Source of the DNA: Eledone cirrhosa
Lineage: Eukaryota
Length of the DNA: 64,000 bases
Assembly: GCA_964016885.1 (NCBI GenBank)
Contig: OZ024743.1
Coordinates: forward strand, 332,072,001 to 332,136,000
Direction of reading: 5' to 3'
Shown: in pieces, positions 11,460 through 23,194 of the stretch
Layout of the letters: each line of letters opens with the position of its first letter
How positions within the stretch are numbered: position 1 is the stretch's first letter
The notes under the pieces: model-generated
Told to the model about the DNA's origin: nothing
The model's input: only the letters and a program-made list of their open reading frames with translations
Database searches by the model: none
Translations under genes and position numbers: made by a program

Positions 11460-11840
11460 GGAGTATATATATATACACATACAATATATATTTTCACAAT
11501 TTTCACAAACAATATATACACATAACAAGAAAACTTAAATATATGCATACATAAATATATACACAAATATATACACATACAAATATATTGATAAATACAA
11601 ATATATAGACAAATATATAGACATACAATCTATACACAAATATATAGACATATATACACATAAATAAATATATAGAAATACAATATATACACATAAATAT
11701 ATAGGCACAAATACATACATATACAATATATACTCACATCTACAGACATATATAAAAATATACATATACATAAATAATATTCATATAAATATATATACTT
11801 ACATATAAATATATATAGACATATATAATATATAGACATG
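11460..11840. repeat. Degenerate TA/CA-rich low-complexity tract
   Basis: Visible. Confidence 0.8.
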
Positions 11841-12149
11841 CAATAAAAAAAATACAGCAACAACAAAATTAATAAGAAAGAATAAATATTGTAAAATAGA
11901 CCGGCCGTGTTTTTAATCAAATATGCTTGGATAAAAGTTGTTAATTTGTACATAGAAGAGAGAGGGGAGGGCTACTTCAGTCAATTAGTTGAGAACTAAT
12001 GAATTAGTGGAGCCAACTCAATCCCAGCTTCCTCATATTGGTCAATTCGGGAATTAGGATGTGAAAAGATGCACAGAAATGTTTCCCTCATAATTTAAAA
12101 AAAAAAAAAAAAGCAGAAAAAATACCTATTTTGTTTTATTTATAACATT

Positions 12150-13612
12150 ACCACCACCAGCACAACCACCACAACCACCATTACCCTTTAATCCCCTCCA
12201 CCACAACAACCACCACCACCACCACCACCACCACCACCACCACCACAATTACACATCATCTACCATCATAAATACCATCACTACCACCATACCTACACCA
12301 TATCACCATCATACTACCATACTACCAAATCCCCATCATCACAACCATCGGCAAACCACCGCACTACCACCACCGCCACACAACCACCACCATACAAATA
12401 ACACCATACCACAACAACCACCATCATCCCCACTACAACCACCATCACCACCATCTTACAACTATCATCATCACCACCATATCACACAGCCACCACCTTA
12501 CAACCACCATCATCACCACCATACCACTACAACCACCATCACACAACCACCACCTTACAACCATCATCATCATCACCATACCACTACAACCACCACCTTA
12601 CAACCACCACCATCACCACCATACCACTACAACCACCATCACACAGCCGCCACCTTACAACTATCATCATCACCACCATACCACTACAACCACCATCACA
12701 CAGAAACCATCTTACAAAAATCATCATCACCACCATACCAATACAACCACCATCACACAACCACCATCTTACAACCATCATCATCACCACAATACCCCAC
12801 TACAACCACCATCACACAGCCACCACCTTACAACCATCATCACACAACCACCACCTTACAACCACCATCACACAGCCACCACCTTACAACCATCATCATC
12901 ACTACCATACCACTACAACCATCATCACACAACCACCACCTTACAACCACCATCACACAACCACCACCTTACAACCATCATCATCACCACCATACCACTA
13001 CAACCACCATCACACAGCCACCACCTTACAACCATCATCACACAACCACCACCTTACAACCACCATCACACAACCACCACCTTACAACCATCATCACACA
13101 GCCACCACCTTACAACCATCATCACACAACCACCACCTTACAACCACCATCACACAACCACCACCTTACAACCATCATCATCACTACCATACCACTACAA
13201 CCACCATCACACAACCACCACCTTACAACCATCATCATCACCACCATACCACTACAACCACCATACCACTACAGCCACCATCACACCACCACCACCATAC
13301 CACTACAACCAGCATACCACTACAGCCACCATCACACCACCACCATACCACTACAGTCACCATCAAACCACCACCACCACACCACTATAACCACCATCAC
13401 ACAGCCACCATCTTAAACCATCATCATCACCACCATCCACTACAACCATCATCATCACCACCATCCACTACAACCACCATCACACAACCACCATCTTACA
13501 ACCACCATCATCACCACCATACCACTACAACCACCATCACACAACCACCACCTTACAACCATCATCATCACCACCATACCACTACAACCACCATCACACA
13601 GCCACCACCTTA
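12150..13612. repeat. C/A-rich compound minisatellite built from CCA/CAT triplets (recurring unit ACCACCATCACACAACCACCACCTTACA)
   Basis: The recurring 28-bp unit is interleaved with CATCATCATCACCACCATACCACTACA units. Confidence 0.9.
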
Positions 13613-13839
13613 TTAATAGGATGAGTTGAAATTAATGCATGCAAGATTTCACAGCTTTAGCGTCACTCCTTCATATCCAGCCTATGACACTTTTCAGCTA
13701 ACCCTGGTATCATGGTACCAAAATTAGGGAGTTTTATAATATCCTTGAAGAATCTTTGGCAAAATTTAGTAATATAATATTTAGTAATATAACATTTAGT
13801 AATATAACAAACTTTTTCATTATTAACTCTCGAAAGATG

Positions 13840-14058
13840 GCGGTAAATTCACTGTATTGATAGAGCATCAGACACTCTGCTTCGCGGCATAGAGTTACTG
13901 CTCTTTATGTTTCGAGTTCAAATCCTTCTGAAGTTAGCTTTGCCTTTCATCCTTATGGGATCGATAAGATAAACCACCAGTAATGCACTGGGGTCTATTT
14001 AATCGACTTTCCTCTTCCCCAAATATTGTTGCCCTTGTGCCTAGATCAGAAACCATTG
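13840..14058 (+). mobile_element. tRNA-derived SINE
   Basis: B-box GAGTTCAAATCC, conserved core TTTGCCTTTCATCCTTATGGGATCGATAA, tail CCTTGTGCCTAGATCAGAAACCATT. Many similar copies occur in the window. Confidence 0.8.
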
Positions 14059-14897
14059 TAGATCCAACACTACGGAGATTGAAATATTTTTATAAAATAT
14101 CAACTAATATCTATATATCTATTTACTAATATATTTCTATAAAACAAATTTGTTAATTCAAATATTTGTAGTGTCTTTACTGGTGGACAGATTGTTATAA
14201 AAATTTGTATAAAAATTAAGACAAATTTTTGTGATGCAGTCATAGAACTGTTCTGTATTTTCCAAGAATATCTTTCTAAAGTGGTTTCGTGCTGTATATA
14301 TAGCACATTAACAGTTAATATCTACATATTTACTGATATTTTATGTACAATATTAACCAATAATATCAATATATTTACAGATAAATTTCTATAAAATATC
14401 CACTAATATATCAATATGTTTACTGATATATTTTAAATATCAACATGTTTAAAATATCAGCTAATATCTACATATTTATTGATATTTAGTGTTAAGCTAA
14501 CATCTTTCTAGAATCTACAGGACAGCAATTGGCTCCAACTAGTTCCAATATTATTATACGACATAAAAACATTTTAAAAACATACTGCTTATTCCTCCTA
14601 AACGGATGGAAGCAACCAGCTACTCAAGCAGCTTGTTTCCTTAATTAACTTTAGAAGATAACATCAAAGCTGATCAACAATTTCAAATTGGTTTGTGGTT
14701 AGTTCTTATTTAATAGCTGCTACATGTGATATTTTATCAAGTGGATATACATGTCGGATTTCTCCTAACCGTAGACTACAGCATTGACAAGAACCATACA
14801 TATGAAACTAAACTTTCAATACAGTGCTGGGCTTACTTATAAGCTAAATACGTTATAGCTTAGGGCCACACACCCTCGAGGGCCTTGTTTTTTTTAA

Positions 14898-15081
14898 CCC
14901 TTTTCTCACCAATCCAGCCAAAACCAGCTTTGGTTATATGAAATAAAACCACCCATTTTAAAGGTTTCCAATTCAAATTAAAATCTTCCAAAATAGTTAA
15001 TAATTTTAGTAAATTCCTCAAAATTCTTCATTATTTAATTGAAATAGAGTGTATTTCATTAAAAATGTGGTCATGAAAGGG
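14898..15081. mobile_element. piggyBac-like MITE (184 bp)
   Basis: TTAA|CCCTTTTCTCACCA ... TGGTCATGAAAGGG|TTAA: TTAA TSD with CCC/GGG termini. Related copies lie at 42550-42718 and ~29700-29800. Confidence 0.75.
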
Positions 15082-15140
15082 TTAAATATATTTTTCTTTT
15101 ATCATTAGTTTTTATTATTTAACACTAAATCATCAAAACT

Positions 15141-15172
<32 letters not shown>

Positions 15173-15206
15173 AGTATATATATCTATATATATATAGAGA
15201 GAGAGA

Positions 15207-18200
15207 GAGTGGATAGAGTGAACAACAGAATAATTAAAATAAGACTTGTCCTAAATAGAACTACTGTGACAGTAATATCTGAGTACGCACCCCAATCCGG
15301 ACTGCCCGGCACTATAAAAGACAGATTCTATGAGACACTGATGCTCACTACCTCCCAAATAACCGACAGTGACTATATAATTATTGCTGGCGACCTAAAT
15401 GGTCACGTTGGACAACATTGTGTCGGCTATGACGGAATCCATGGAGGCTATGGGTTTGGTACTAGAAATGAGGAAGGCTCCAGAATCCTGGAATTCTGTG
15501 ACGCTAATAACCTAACTATCTGTAACACTAACTTCAAAAAACGAGACAATCACTTGATCACTTACAGATCAGGGGAACATACCAGCCAGGTAGATTATAT
15601 CCTTACCAGGAGACGTGACAGAGTGTCTGTTGTAAACAGTAAATCCCTCCCCCATGAAGAATACACGTCTCAACATAGACTCATAGTTAGTGACCTCATA
15701 GTCAGGACTAGACGTACTCGACAACAGAGGAGGACTACCCTGAGGAGAAAAATATGGAAATTAAAGGACCCCACAGCCAGTCATGAATTTAAAAGCATAT
15801 TACTTGATGCTTTTGATAGTAAGGAAGAGCAATTAGAGTCGGACAATATAGAGGAACAGTGGGAATTCCTGAAAGCTAACCTGCTGAAGGCGACAGATGA
15901 AACCTGTGGCTGGAGCAGGCCTGTAGGCAGGAGGAGAGTAACTTGGTGGTGGAACAGTAAGGGGGAGAGGTCAATCAAGGCCAAAAAGCAGGCTTGGAAA
16001 GCATGGTGGGATGGGGGAAGTAGAGAAGACTATCAAGTGGTCAGGAGGGAAGCTAGGAGACAAGTGTACTTCGCAAGAAGGGAAGCAGAGGAAAGAAAGT
16101 ACAAGCATGTTCTGCAACGCGAGGACCAAAAACGTGAGGTGTTCAGGATTGCTAGGCAATGTGTCAAGGAAAACAGTGATATTGTCGGGGAGAAGTGTGT
16201 CCTAAATGATGATGGTGTACTTGCCATCACTGACGCTGATAAGAAGGTAGCTTGGAAGTGTCACTACGAAAGACTACTAAATGAGGAGAATAATTGGGAG
16301 AAAGACAGTCTCCCCCACATCGACCCAATAGAGGGACCAACAGTGCAAGTTGAAGGTAGTATAATAAGTAAGGTGATCAAAGACATGAAGATGGGCAAGG
16401 CGGCCGGGCCATCGGAAATAGTTGCCGAAATGCTGAAAGCATCTGGAACGGTGGGACACACTATGGTCACCCGGATAGTAAACCAAGTCATACAGAATGG
16501 GGTCGTTCCGAAGGACTGGCGCAACAGCATCATCATTAACTGCTACAAGGGTAAAGGTGATGCCCTAGATAGGGGAAACTATACAGGCATTAAATTAATC
16601 GACCAGGTTATGAAGGTCACAGAAAAAGTAATAGAGCAACTAATCAGAGAGCGAATTGATCTAGACGAAATGCAGTTCGGGCTTGTGTCAGGTAAAAGTA
16701 CAACAGACGCTCTTTTCATTGTACGACAACTACAGGAGAAGTACCTAGCTAAAAGTAAACCCCTATACTTAGCTTTTGTTGACTTGGAGAAAGCCTTTGA
16801 CAGAGTACCCCGCTGGATTATCTGGTGGGCCCTTAGAAAACTAGGTGTTGATGAATGGCTTGTGAGAGCTATACAAGCCATGTATAAAGAAACAGTCAGC
16901 AAGGTTAGAATTAACAACGAATATAGTGAAGAGTTTAGCGTAAAAGTTGGTGTTCATCAGGGCTCTGTCCTTAGCCCCCTACTATCTATTATTGCCCTTC
17001 AGGCTATAGCAGAGGAGTTCAAGACCGGCTGCCCATGGGAACTCCTATACGCAGATGATCTAACGCTCATAGCTGAATCAATGGCCGAACTAGAGAAGAA
17101 ATTCCAAACATGGAAGCATGGCCTAGAATCAAAAGGCCTTAAAGTTAACTTGTCTAAGACTAAAGTTCTAGTTTGTAGGAAGGAAAATAGGGCACCGGTC
17201 CCATCTGGGAAATGGCCATGCTCAGTGTGTAGGAAAGGAGTAGGTAGAAACTCCATTTTATGTCCCAAATGCAAAGTATGGGTACATAAAAGATGTAGTG
17301 GGATCACAGGTAAGTTAACTAAGAATATAGATTTTATATGTGGCCAGTGCTCTGGTGTAATAAGTAGCAGCAAGTGCCCACAGAATACTAACTCATTCCA
17401 TTGCACAGATGGTTCTATAGAAATAATGGACAGCTTCCGTTACTTGGGTGATAAAATCAGCAGTGGGGGAGGGTGCTCTGAAAGTACACTAGCTAGAGTC
17501 AGAACGGGATGGAAAAAGTTCAGAGAGCTTATACCACTATTGGCCGCTAAAGGGTTCTCTCTAAAAATGAAAGGCAGGCTGTATGATGCCTGCATACGAA
17601 CAGCAATGTTACATGGCAGTGAGACCTGGGCATTGTGTGCAGAGGATATATGCAGACTGGAGAGAAACGAAGCTTGCATGCTCCTCTGGATGTGTAATAG
17701 TAATATACGTGAACGGCAAAGCATAAATGAACTAAGGGAGAAATTAGAAATAAGAGGGATCAGATGTTGTTTACTCGAGAGAAGACTACGTTGGTATGGT
17801 CACGTGATGCGCATGAAAGACGACAGCTGTATAAAAAAGTGCAGGGCAATAAAAATAGACGGTAGCCACGGAGTAGGCAGACCCAGAAAAACCTGGGACG
17901 ACTTGATAAATTCCGACCTCACACACTTACACCTCTCCAAGACAATGTCACTGGACCGAGATCTTTGGCGCTACACAGTAATTGAGAAGACCTGCCTTAC
18001 CTAAGTGCAAAGTAAAACCTACTACAGTCAGTAGGCACCTCTAACAAAATAAACCCCCGTCCCACTACCCAACCCCATCCACACCACCCCTTTCAATGTA
18101 AAGTTATGTTGGTACCACAACATCCAGCCCGAAACAAATGAAGTTGTGTAGGTGTCACGACAAAAAAACACACAGTCCACGCTGTAATGTGGCCGTGTAG

Positions 18201-18397
18201 GTAACACGGTAAAAACCTCCCAGTTCCACACTGTAAATGTGGTTGGTGTTAGGAAGGGCATCCAGCCGTAGAAAACCCGCCAGACAGTCCTATGCGAGCA
18301 AGACAACCACTCTTGCCTCAAGTGGGAAACCTCCCGTCCAAACCCATGCAAGCGTGGAATATGGACGTTAAACGAAGATGATGATGATGATGATGAT
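15207..18397 (+). mobile_element. RTE-clade LINE, 5'-truncated within the APE domain
   Basis: Open 931-aa frame, ~370 bp 3'UTR and (GAT)n tail at 18377-18397. Both ends abut (TA)n. Confidence 0.95.
15209..18004 (+). CDS. RTE ORF (partial APE + RT + PHD finger + C-terminal RWYGHV/GRPRKTW domain); N-terminus missing
   Basis: Motifs YAPQ, GDLNGHVG, QVDYIL, FVDLEKAFDRV, VHQGSVLSP, LLYADD, a C4HC3 finger, FRYLG, RLRWYGHVMR. The frame begins at the truncation point, not at a true start codon. Confidence 0.85.
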   Translation: MDRVNNRIIKIRLVLNRTTVTVISEYAPQSGLPGTIKDRFYETLMLTTSQITDSDYIIIAGDLNGHVGQHCVGYDGIHGGYGFGTRNEEGSRILEFCDANNLTICNTNFKKRDNHLITYRSGEHTSQVDYILTRRRDRVSVVNSKSLPHEEYTSQHRLIVSDLIVRTRRTRQQRRTTLRRKIWKLKDPTASHEFKSILLDAFDSKEEQLESDNIEEQWEFLKANLLKATDETCGWSRPVGRRRVTWWWNSKGERSIKAKKQAWKAWWDGGSREDYQVVRREARRQVYFARREAEERKYKHVLQREDQKREVFRIARQCVKENSDIVGEKCVLNDDGVLAITDADKKVAWKCHYERLLNEENNWEKDSLPHIDPIEGPTVQVEGSIISKVIKDMKMGKAAGPSEIVAEMLKASGTVGHTMVTRIVNQVIQNGVVPKDWRNSIIINCYKGKGDALDRGNYTGIKLIDQVMKVTEKVIEQLIRERIDLDEMQFGLVSGKSTTDALFIVRQLQEKYLAKSKPLYLAFVDLEKAFDRVPRWIIWWALRKLGVDEWLVRAIQAMYKETVSKVRINNEYSEEFSVKVGVHQGSVLSPLLSIIALQAIAEEFKTGCPWELLYADDLTLIAESMAELEKKFQTWKHGLESKGLKVNLSKTKVLVCRKENRAPVPSGKWPCSVCRKGVGRNSILCPKCKVWVHKRCSGITGKLTKNIDFICGQCSGVISSSKCPQNTNSFHCTDGSIEIMDSFRYLGDKISSGGGCSESTLARVRTGWKKFRELIPLLAAKGFSLKMKGRLYDACIRTAMLHGSETWALCAEDICRLERNEACMLLWMCNSNIRERQSINELREKLEIRGIRCCLLERRLRWYGHVMRMKDDSCIKKCRAIKIDGSHGVGRPRKTWDDLINSDLTHLHLSKTMSLDRDLWRYTVIEKTCLT

Positions 18398-18690
18398 ATA
18401 TATATAAACCCAAAAAATGAAACGAAATTTCATTTCTCACTCTTAGTACGGCTGTTACTTAAATATAAGTATGTATACGTACATACATATATGTATACAG
18501 ACGTACAGTAGTATGCATATATATATATATATATACATATATACATACATGCATACATATATATATATGTACGTATGGATTCACCGAACATTTATTATAA
18601 TGCTCGGAGTGTTTGTAAACAAACATCCCGAATTAAGCCGTACAGTGTCTAGCAACCATCGTTGCTCATTTGTTCAACACTGACAAAGGA

Positions 18691-18733
18691 ACGCTGTACT
18701 AGTTTCAAGCTTATTAGCTATCGTCAGCAACGT
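18691..18733 (-). ncRNA. Minimal type I hammerhead ribozyme
   Basis: Minus strand reads ACGUUG-CUGACGA-UAGCUAAUAAGCUU-GAAA-CUAG-UA/CAGCGU. Intact core, 6-bp stem I, AGCU/AGCU stem II, palindromic stem III, GUA cleavage triplet. Confidence 0.8.
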
Positions 18734-19233
18734 ATACCTTCCTGCCAGATGGTTGAACGTCTGAAAGTATATACTTTCCTTATGCATATTAACGGCTGAG
18801 CAGCCTAATTTGCATACCAAGTGAGTTAATCGGCCGGGGTACCGAAAACGATAAACAGAAAAAATGAAACGTATGTACGGCTTAATTCGGGATATTTGTT
18901 TACAAACACGCCGAGCATTATAATAAATGTTTGGTGAATCCATACGTACATATATATATGTGTGCATGTATGTATATATGTATATATATATATATATATA
19001 TATGCATACTACTGTACGTCTGTATACATATATGTATGAACGTATACATACTTATATTTAAGTAACAGCCGTACTAAGAGTGAGAAATGAAATTTCGTTG
19101 CATTTTTTCCGTTTATCGTTTTAGGTACCCCGGCCGATTAACTCACTCGATATGCAAATTAGGCTGCTCAGCCATTAATATGCATAAGGAAAGTAAATAC
19201 TTTCAGACGTTCAACCATCTGGCAGGAAGGTAT

Positions 19234-19276
19234 ACGTTGCTGACGATAGCTAATAAGCTTGAAACTAGTACAGTGT
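19234..19276 (+). ncRNA. Minimal type I hammerhead ribozyme
   Basis: ACGTTG-CTGACGA-TAGCTAATAAGCTT-GAAA-CTAG-TA/CAGTGT. Predicted cleavage after position 19270. Confidence 0.78.
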
Positions 19277-19543
19277 TCTTTTGTCAGTATTGAACAAATG
19301 AGCAACGATGGTTGCTAGACACTGTACGGCTTAATTCAGGATGTTTGTTTACAAACACTCCGAGCATTATAATAAATGTTCGGTGAATCCATACGTACAT
19401 ATATATATATGTGTGCATGTATGTATATATGTATATATATATATATATATATATGCATACTACTGTACGTCTGTATACATATATGTATGTACGTATACAT
19501 TCTACTGTACGTCTGTATACATATATGTATGTACGTATACATA

Positions 19544-19613
<70 letters not shown>

Positions 19614-19631
19614 TTGGTGCTCTGAAATAGC

Positions 19632-19880
19632 TATATATATATGAATGTATATATAGTGTATTTTGCAATACACTGTATGCTTAATTAAAAGCATTTCGAA
19701 GACCTTATGCTATTGTTTTAGAGTAGTGACAGTCTCACTTACTTTAATTTTCAGTTGCTGAAAATTAAAGTAAGGTGAGTCTGTCACTACTCTAAAACAA
19801 TAACATAAGGTCTTCGAAATGCTTTTAATTAAGCATACAGTGTATTGCAAAATACACTATATATACATTCATATATATAT
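19632..19880. repeat. Near-perfect palindrome (~120-bp arms, 3-nt loop at 19755-19757)
   Basis: The arms differ by about two substitutions and one indel. Embedded in (TA)n. Confidence 0.9.
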
Positions 19881-20026
19881 ATATATATATATATAATGTG
19901 ATCTACCTTTCGTGGTAGGATCTATACCATAGTTGGAACTCAATGTGATCCGTGAGCATGTAGTTCAGTGAGATCCAATGATTGGTTCCATGTTTCGTTG
20001 AATCAATCTTTCAGATACAGAGTCTG

Positions 20027-20293
20027 ATATATTACATATTATATTATTTAACAATGATAACAAACGCAAGTTATTTTACATATTCATTGTTTTATGATCG
20101 TTATGGGGGGTTGATCATATTGATATATTGACTGATCTATAGCAGTTAGAGAACTGTATACTACCAGACATAAAATATGGGTTCGATCATACCATATTCT
20201 TTGGAAACCCTCCAAAACGATCGTAAAACAATGAATGAAGTATGTAAAATAACTTGTCTTTGTTATCATTGTTAAATAATATATGTAATATAT
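20027..20293. repeat. Imperfect inverted repeat (~80-bp arms, ~100-bp spacer)
   Basis: TATTATTTAACAATGATAACAA..CAAGTTATTTTACATA..TTCATTGTTTTATGATCGTT pairs with AACGATCGTAAAACAATGAA..TATGTAAAATAACTTG..TTGTTATCATTGTTAAATAATA. Confidence 0.8.
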
Positions 20294-20384
20294 ATATACA
20301 TATTTAAAAAATTAGGCCGGGGGGGGGGGGGGGATTGTGTAACCCTAAGCTATAACTTATTTTGCTTAAGTCCAGTACTCTGTG

Positions 20385-21268
20385 TATAGTTGCTGAGCTA
20401 AAAGCATTTGGCATTGTAGGATATGTGTTAGTCAGGCACATAGTTAATCAAGTAGTACAGGAAGGGTCATACCCAATGACTGGCACAGCAGTATCATTGT
20501 AAATTGCTACAAGGGCAAAGGAGATGCACTAGAAAGAATTAACTGCAGAGGTATCAAGTTGATTGCTGAAAATTGCTGTAAGGTTTATAGCACAACTTAA
20601 TTAGGAACAGAATCAAGTCAGATGGGATGCAGTTTGGATTAATGCTAGGCAGGAGTACTATTGATACCCTCTTTATAGTAAGACAACTGCAGGAAAGGTA
20701 CTTAGCTAAGAATAAGCCACTGTATCTGGCTTTTGTAGATATGGAGAAGGCAGTTCACAGGGTCCCACATTCAGTAATCTGGTGGGCACTTAGACAGCTA
20801 GGTGCAGATAAATGGCTTGTGAGGGTTGTGCAGGCTATGTATAAAGGAGCAACCAACCATGTGAGGGTTGGGAGCGAGTACAGCAATGAATTTGAAGTAC
20901 AGGTGGGTGACCCCCAAGGCTCACTCCTCAGTCCACTCCTGTTTATCACTATTCTTCAGGCCATCACTGAAGAGTTTAAAACTGGCACCCTGATTACATG
21001 CTGATGACTTAAACCTTATAGTTGAATCCAAAGAAGAGTTAGAGACAAAATTTCAAGCATGGAAGAAGAACCTATAGTTGAAAGGCCTAAAACTAAACTT
21101 AGCAAAGACAAAAGTCTTAATAAGTAGGAAAGAAAATAGGAGAGTGATACCATCAGGGAAATGGCCCTTTCAATATGTCAGAAAGGGATGGGCAGAAATT
21201 CTATAAGGTGCACACAGTGTAATCTATGGATGTACAAGAGATGTAGTGGGATTGCAAGCGGATTAATG
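20385..21268 (+). pseudogene. Older, degraded RTE RT fragment
   Basis: MQFG..STIDTLFIVRQLQERYLAKNKPLYLAFVDMEKA..QGSLLSPLLF, with stops and frameshifts. Confidence 0.88.
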
Positions 21269-21469
21269 TAATGGTTAAAGTGTTTATATTTATCTAAAAA
21301 CATCAATTTAATGTAAGAACTTTTGTTTTGCTCCAAACACTACAATAATAATAAATTATTTGTAAATCACAGGCAGTGTCTTTAATTAGAAATATGGTAA
21401 CATAATAGTTAATGTTGTCAACAGAGATTGAACTCCCAATTTGAAACTATATGCCTGACTATACATCAG

Positions 21470-21900
21470 TAGATTGAACACTACATCTAGCCATACATCA
21501 GTACATCGAGCACTACATCTAGCCATACATCTGTACATCTGGAACCACATCAAGCCCTATATCTGTACATACATCTACCACTATATCTAACAGTACATCT
21601 GTACATCTGGCACTAAATCTAGCACTATATCTGTACATCTAGCGCTATATAACTACATCTGTACATCTGGCACTATATCACTACATCTGTACAGCTAGCA
21701 CATCTAGCCCTACATCTGTACATATCTGGCATTACATCTGTACATAGCTATCACTACATCTAGTCGCACATCTGTATATCTAGCCCTGCATCTGTACATC
21801 TAGCCTTACATCTGTATATATCTAGCCCAACATTTCTATATATTTGGTATTACATATGTATATATCTGGCATTACATCTAGCACAACAACTCTACATCTA
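21470..21900. repeat. Degenerate minisatellite of TACATCT(G/A)-type units
   Basis: Repeated CTGTACATCT / CTACATCTAG motifs. Confidence 0.75.
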
Positions 21901-22069
21901 ATACTAAACATTTTATCAATCAATCAATCAATACAATAAGTATAATGATGTAAAAAAAAAAAATTTAAACTCTTCTGTGTGACTTGTTCTGTCAACAGAG
22001 TGGAATATTGAGAGACATCTCTGGATAAGGGTAAATAATTTCTGTTTGAAAGTCATGTTTAACATTTCA

Positions 22070-22230
22070 CTAGACACATACATATAGATGTACATGTACA
22101 CACACACACACACATATGTATGTATACATGTATATATGTGAGTGTGTGTACGTATATATATATATATGTGCGTGTGTGTGTATATATGTGTGTGTATGTA
22201 TGTGTATATATATATATGTATGTATGTGTG

Positions 22231-22295
<65 letters not shown>

Positions 22296-22298
22296 ATG

Positions 22299-22333
<35 letters not shown>

Positions 22334-22480
22334 ATGTATATACATATATATATATATATGTACACACACACAGTAATTTGCATTCCATCCATCCATGAAT
22401 ACAAATGTTTGGTGTTGTATAATACAAACACACACACAAACATACATACAAATGCACAAACACATACATACAAGTACACA
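22070..22480. repeat. Compound (TA)n/(TG)n/(CA)n microsatellite
   Basis: Visible. Confidence 0.9.
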
Positions 22481-22934
22481 CGCTGTGAACACTGCTGCTT
22501 TGGTGTTGCTTCTCTGAATCTGTTCTATATTGAGAGAGAGAGAGAGTGTAAATCAAAGGAGATCTTTCCAATATCCCCTTCAGCAATAATATCTACCAAA
22601 TCATATTCAGTCGTTCATCGTTAAAACATTCTAAACCAGTCAATTAAAATATCTTAATTGAATTCTCTGCAACAAATACGATATCTCTTAAGGTTATTAT
22701 TGTTGTTTTTCATTATATTTCTACTGTGTTTACCAATAAAGATGAAGATTTTAAATCTACCAAAACATTTATCAAAAAGACAAGCTATTTGTTTCCTTCA
22801 GTTTGAGTGTATGTGTTGAATTAGGATGGGGTGACTTCAGTTGGATTAGAAACAGATTCCCTGGAGCTTCATTCACATCTCTCTGTGTGTTTGTTTACTG
22901 ATACATACAAAAGATTTTTCATAACATTAAATAT

Positions 22935-23170
22935 TATCATCCTTATCATCATTATCATCATCATTTTTACGACCTATTTTCTCACTCTTGTAGGTTGTAC
23001 GAGTCCTTCTTAGCATGGTATCTCTCCACTCATCACAATCCTTCGTCATCTACTCTATCAGTCTCAGCTGTCACCACCTCTACCCAGGTCTTTCTTGGTC
23101 TACCTCTGCTGCAGCTTCCTTCTACTGACATTTCCTGGCACTTTTTCACTCAACCACCATTGTCCATCAC
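22935..23170 (-). mobile_element. 3' fragment of a second RTE family (short 3'UTR)
   Basis: Minus strand encodes ..KKCQEMSVEGSCSRGRPRKTWVEVV.., followed by a (GAT)n tail. Confidence 0.7.
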
Positions 23171-23194
23171 ATTATTATTACTTCATTCAGTTAG

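Larger units (their letters stand above)
18412..19550. mobile_element. Non-coding ~450-nt hammerhead-containing repeat: one inverted monomer plus ~1.5 tandem monomers (retrozyme / non-autonomous Penelope pLTR-like)
   Basis: 18412-18871 is the reverse complement of a circular permutation of the unit tandemly repeated in 18874-19550. The period is 449 bp (TGTACGGCTTAATTC at 18874 and 19323). Each orientation contains a hammerhead. Confidence 0.8.
14822..20380. mobile_element. Putative non-autonomous DNA transposon (hAT-like TIRs) expanded by nested insertions
   Basis: Left end CAGTGCTGGGCTTA..AAGCTAAATACGTTATAGCTTAGGGCCACAC matches the reverse complement of the right end, GAGTACTGGACTTAAGCAAAATAAGTTATAGCTTAGGGTTACAC. 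The 8-bp flanks match only 5/8, so a TSD is not confirmed. Confidence 0.5.

Noticed and set aside
19985-20020. Minus-strand CTGAAAGA..GAAACATG hammerhead-like motif
   Set aside because: There is an extra base in the first box and no UH cleavage site.
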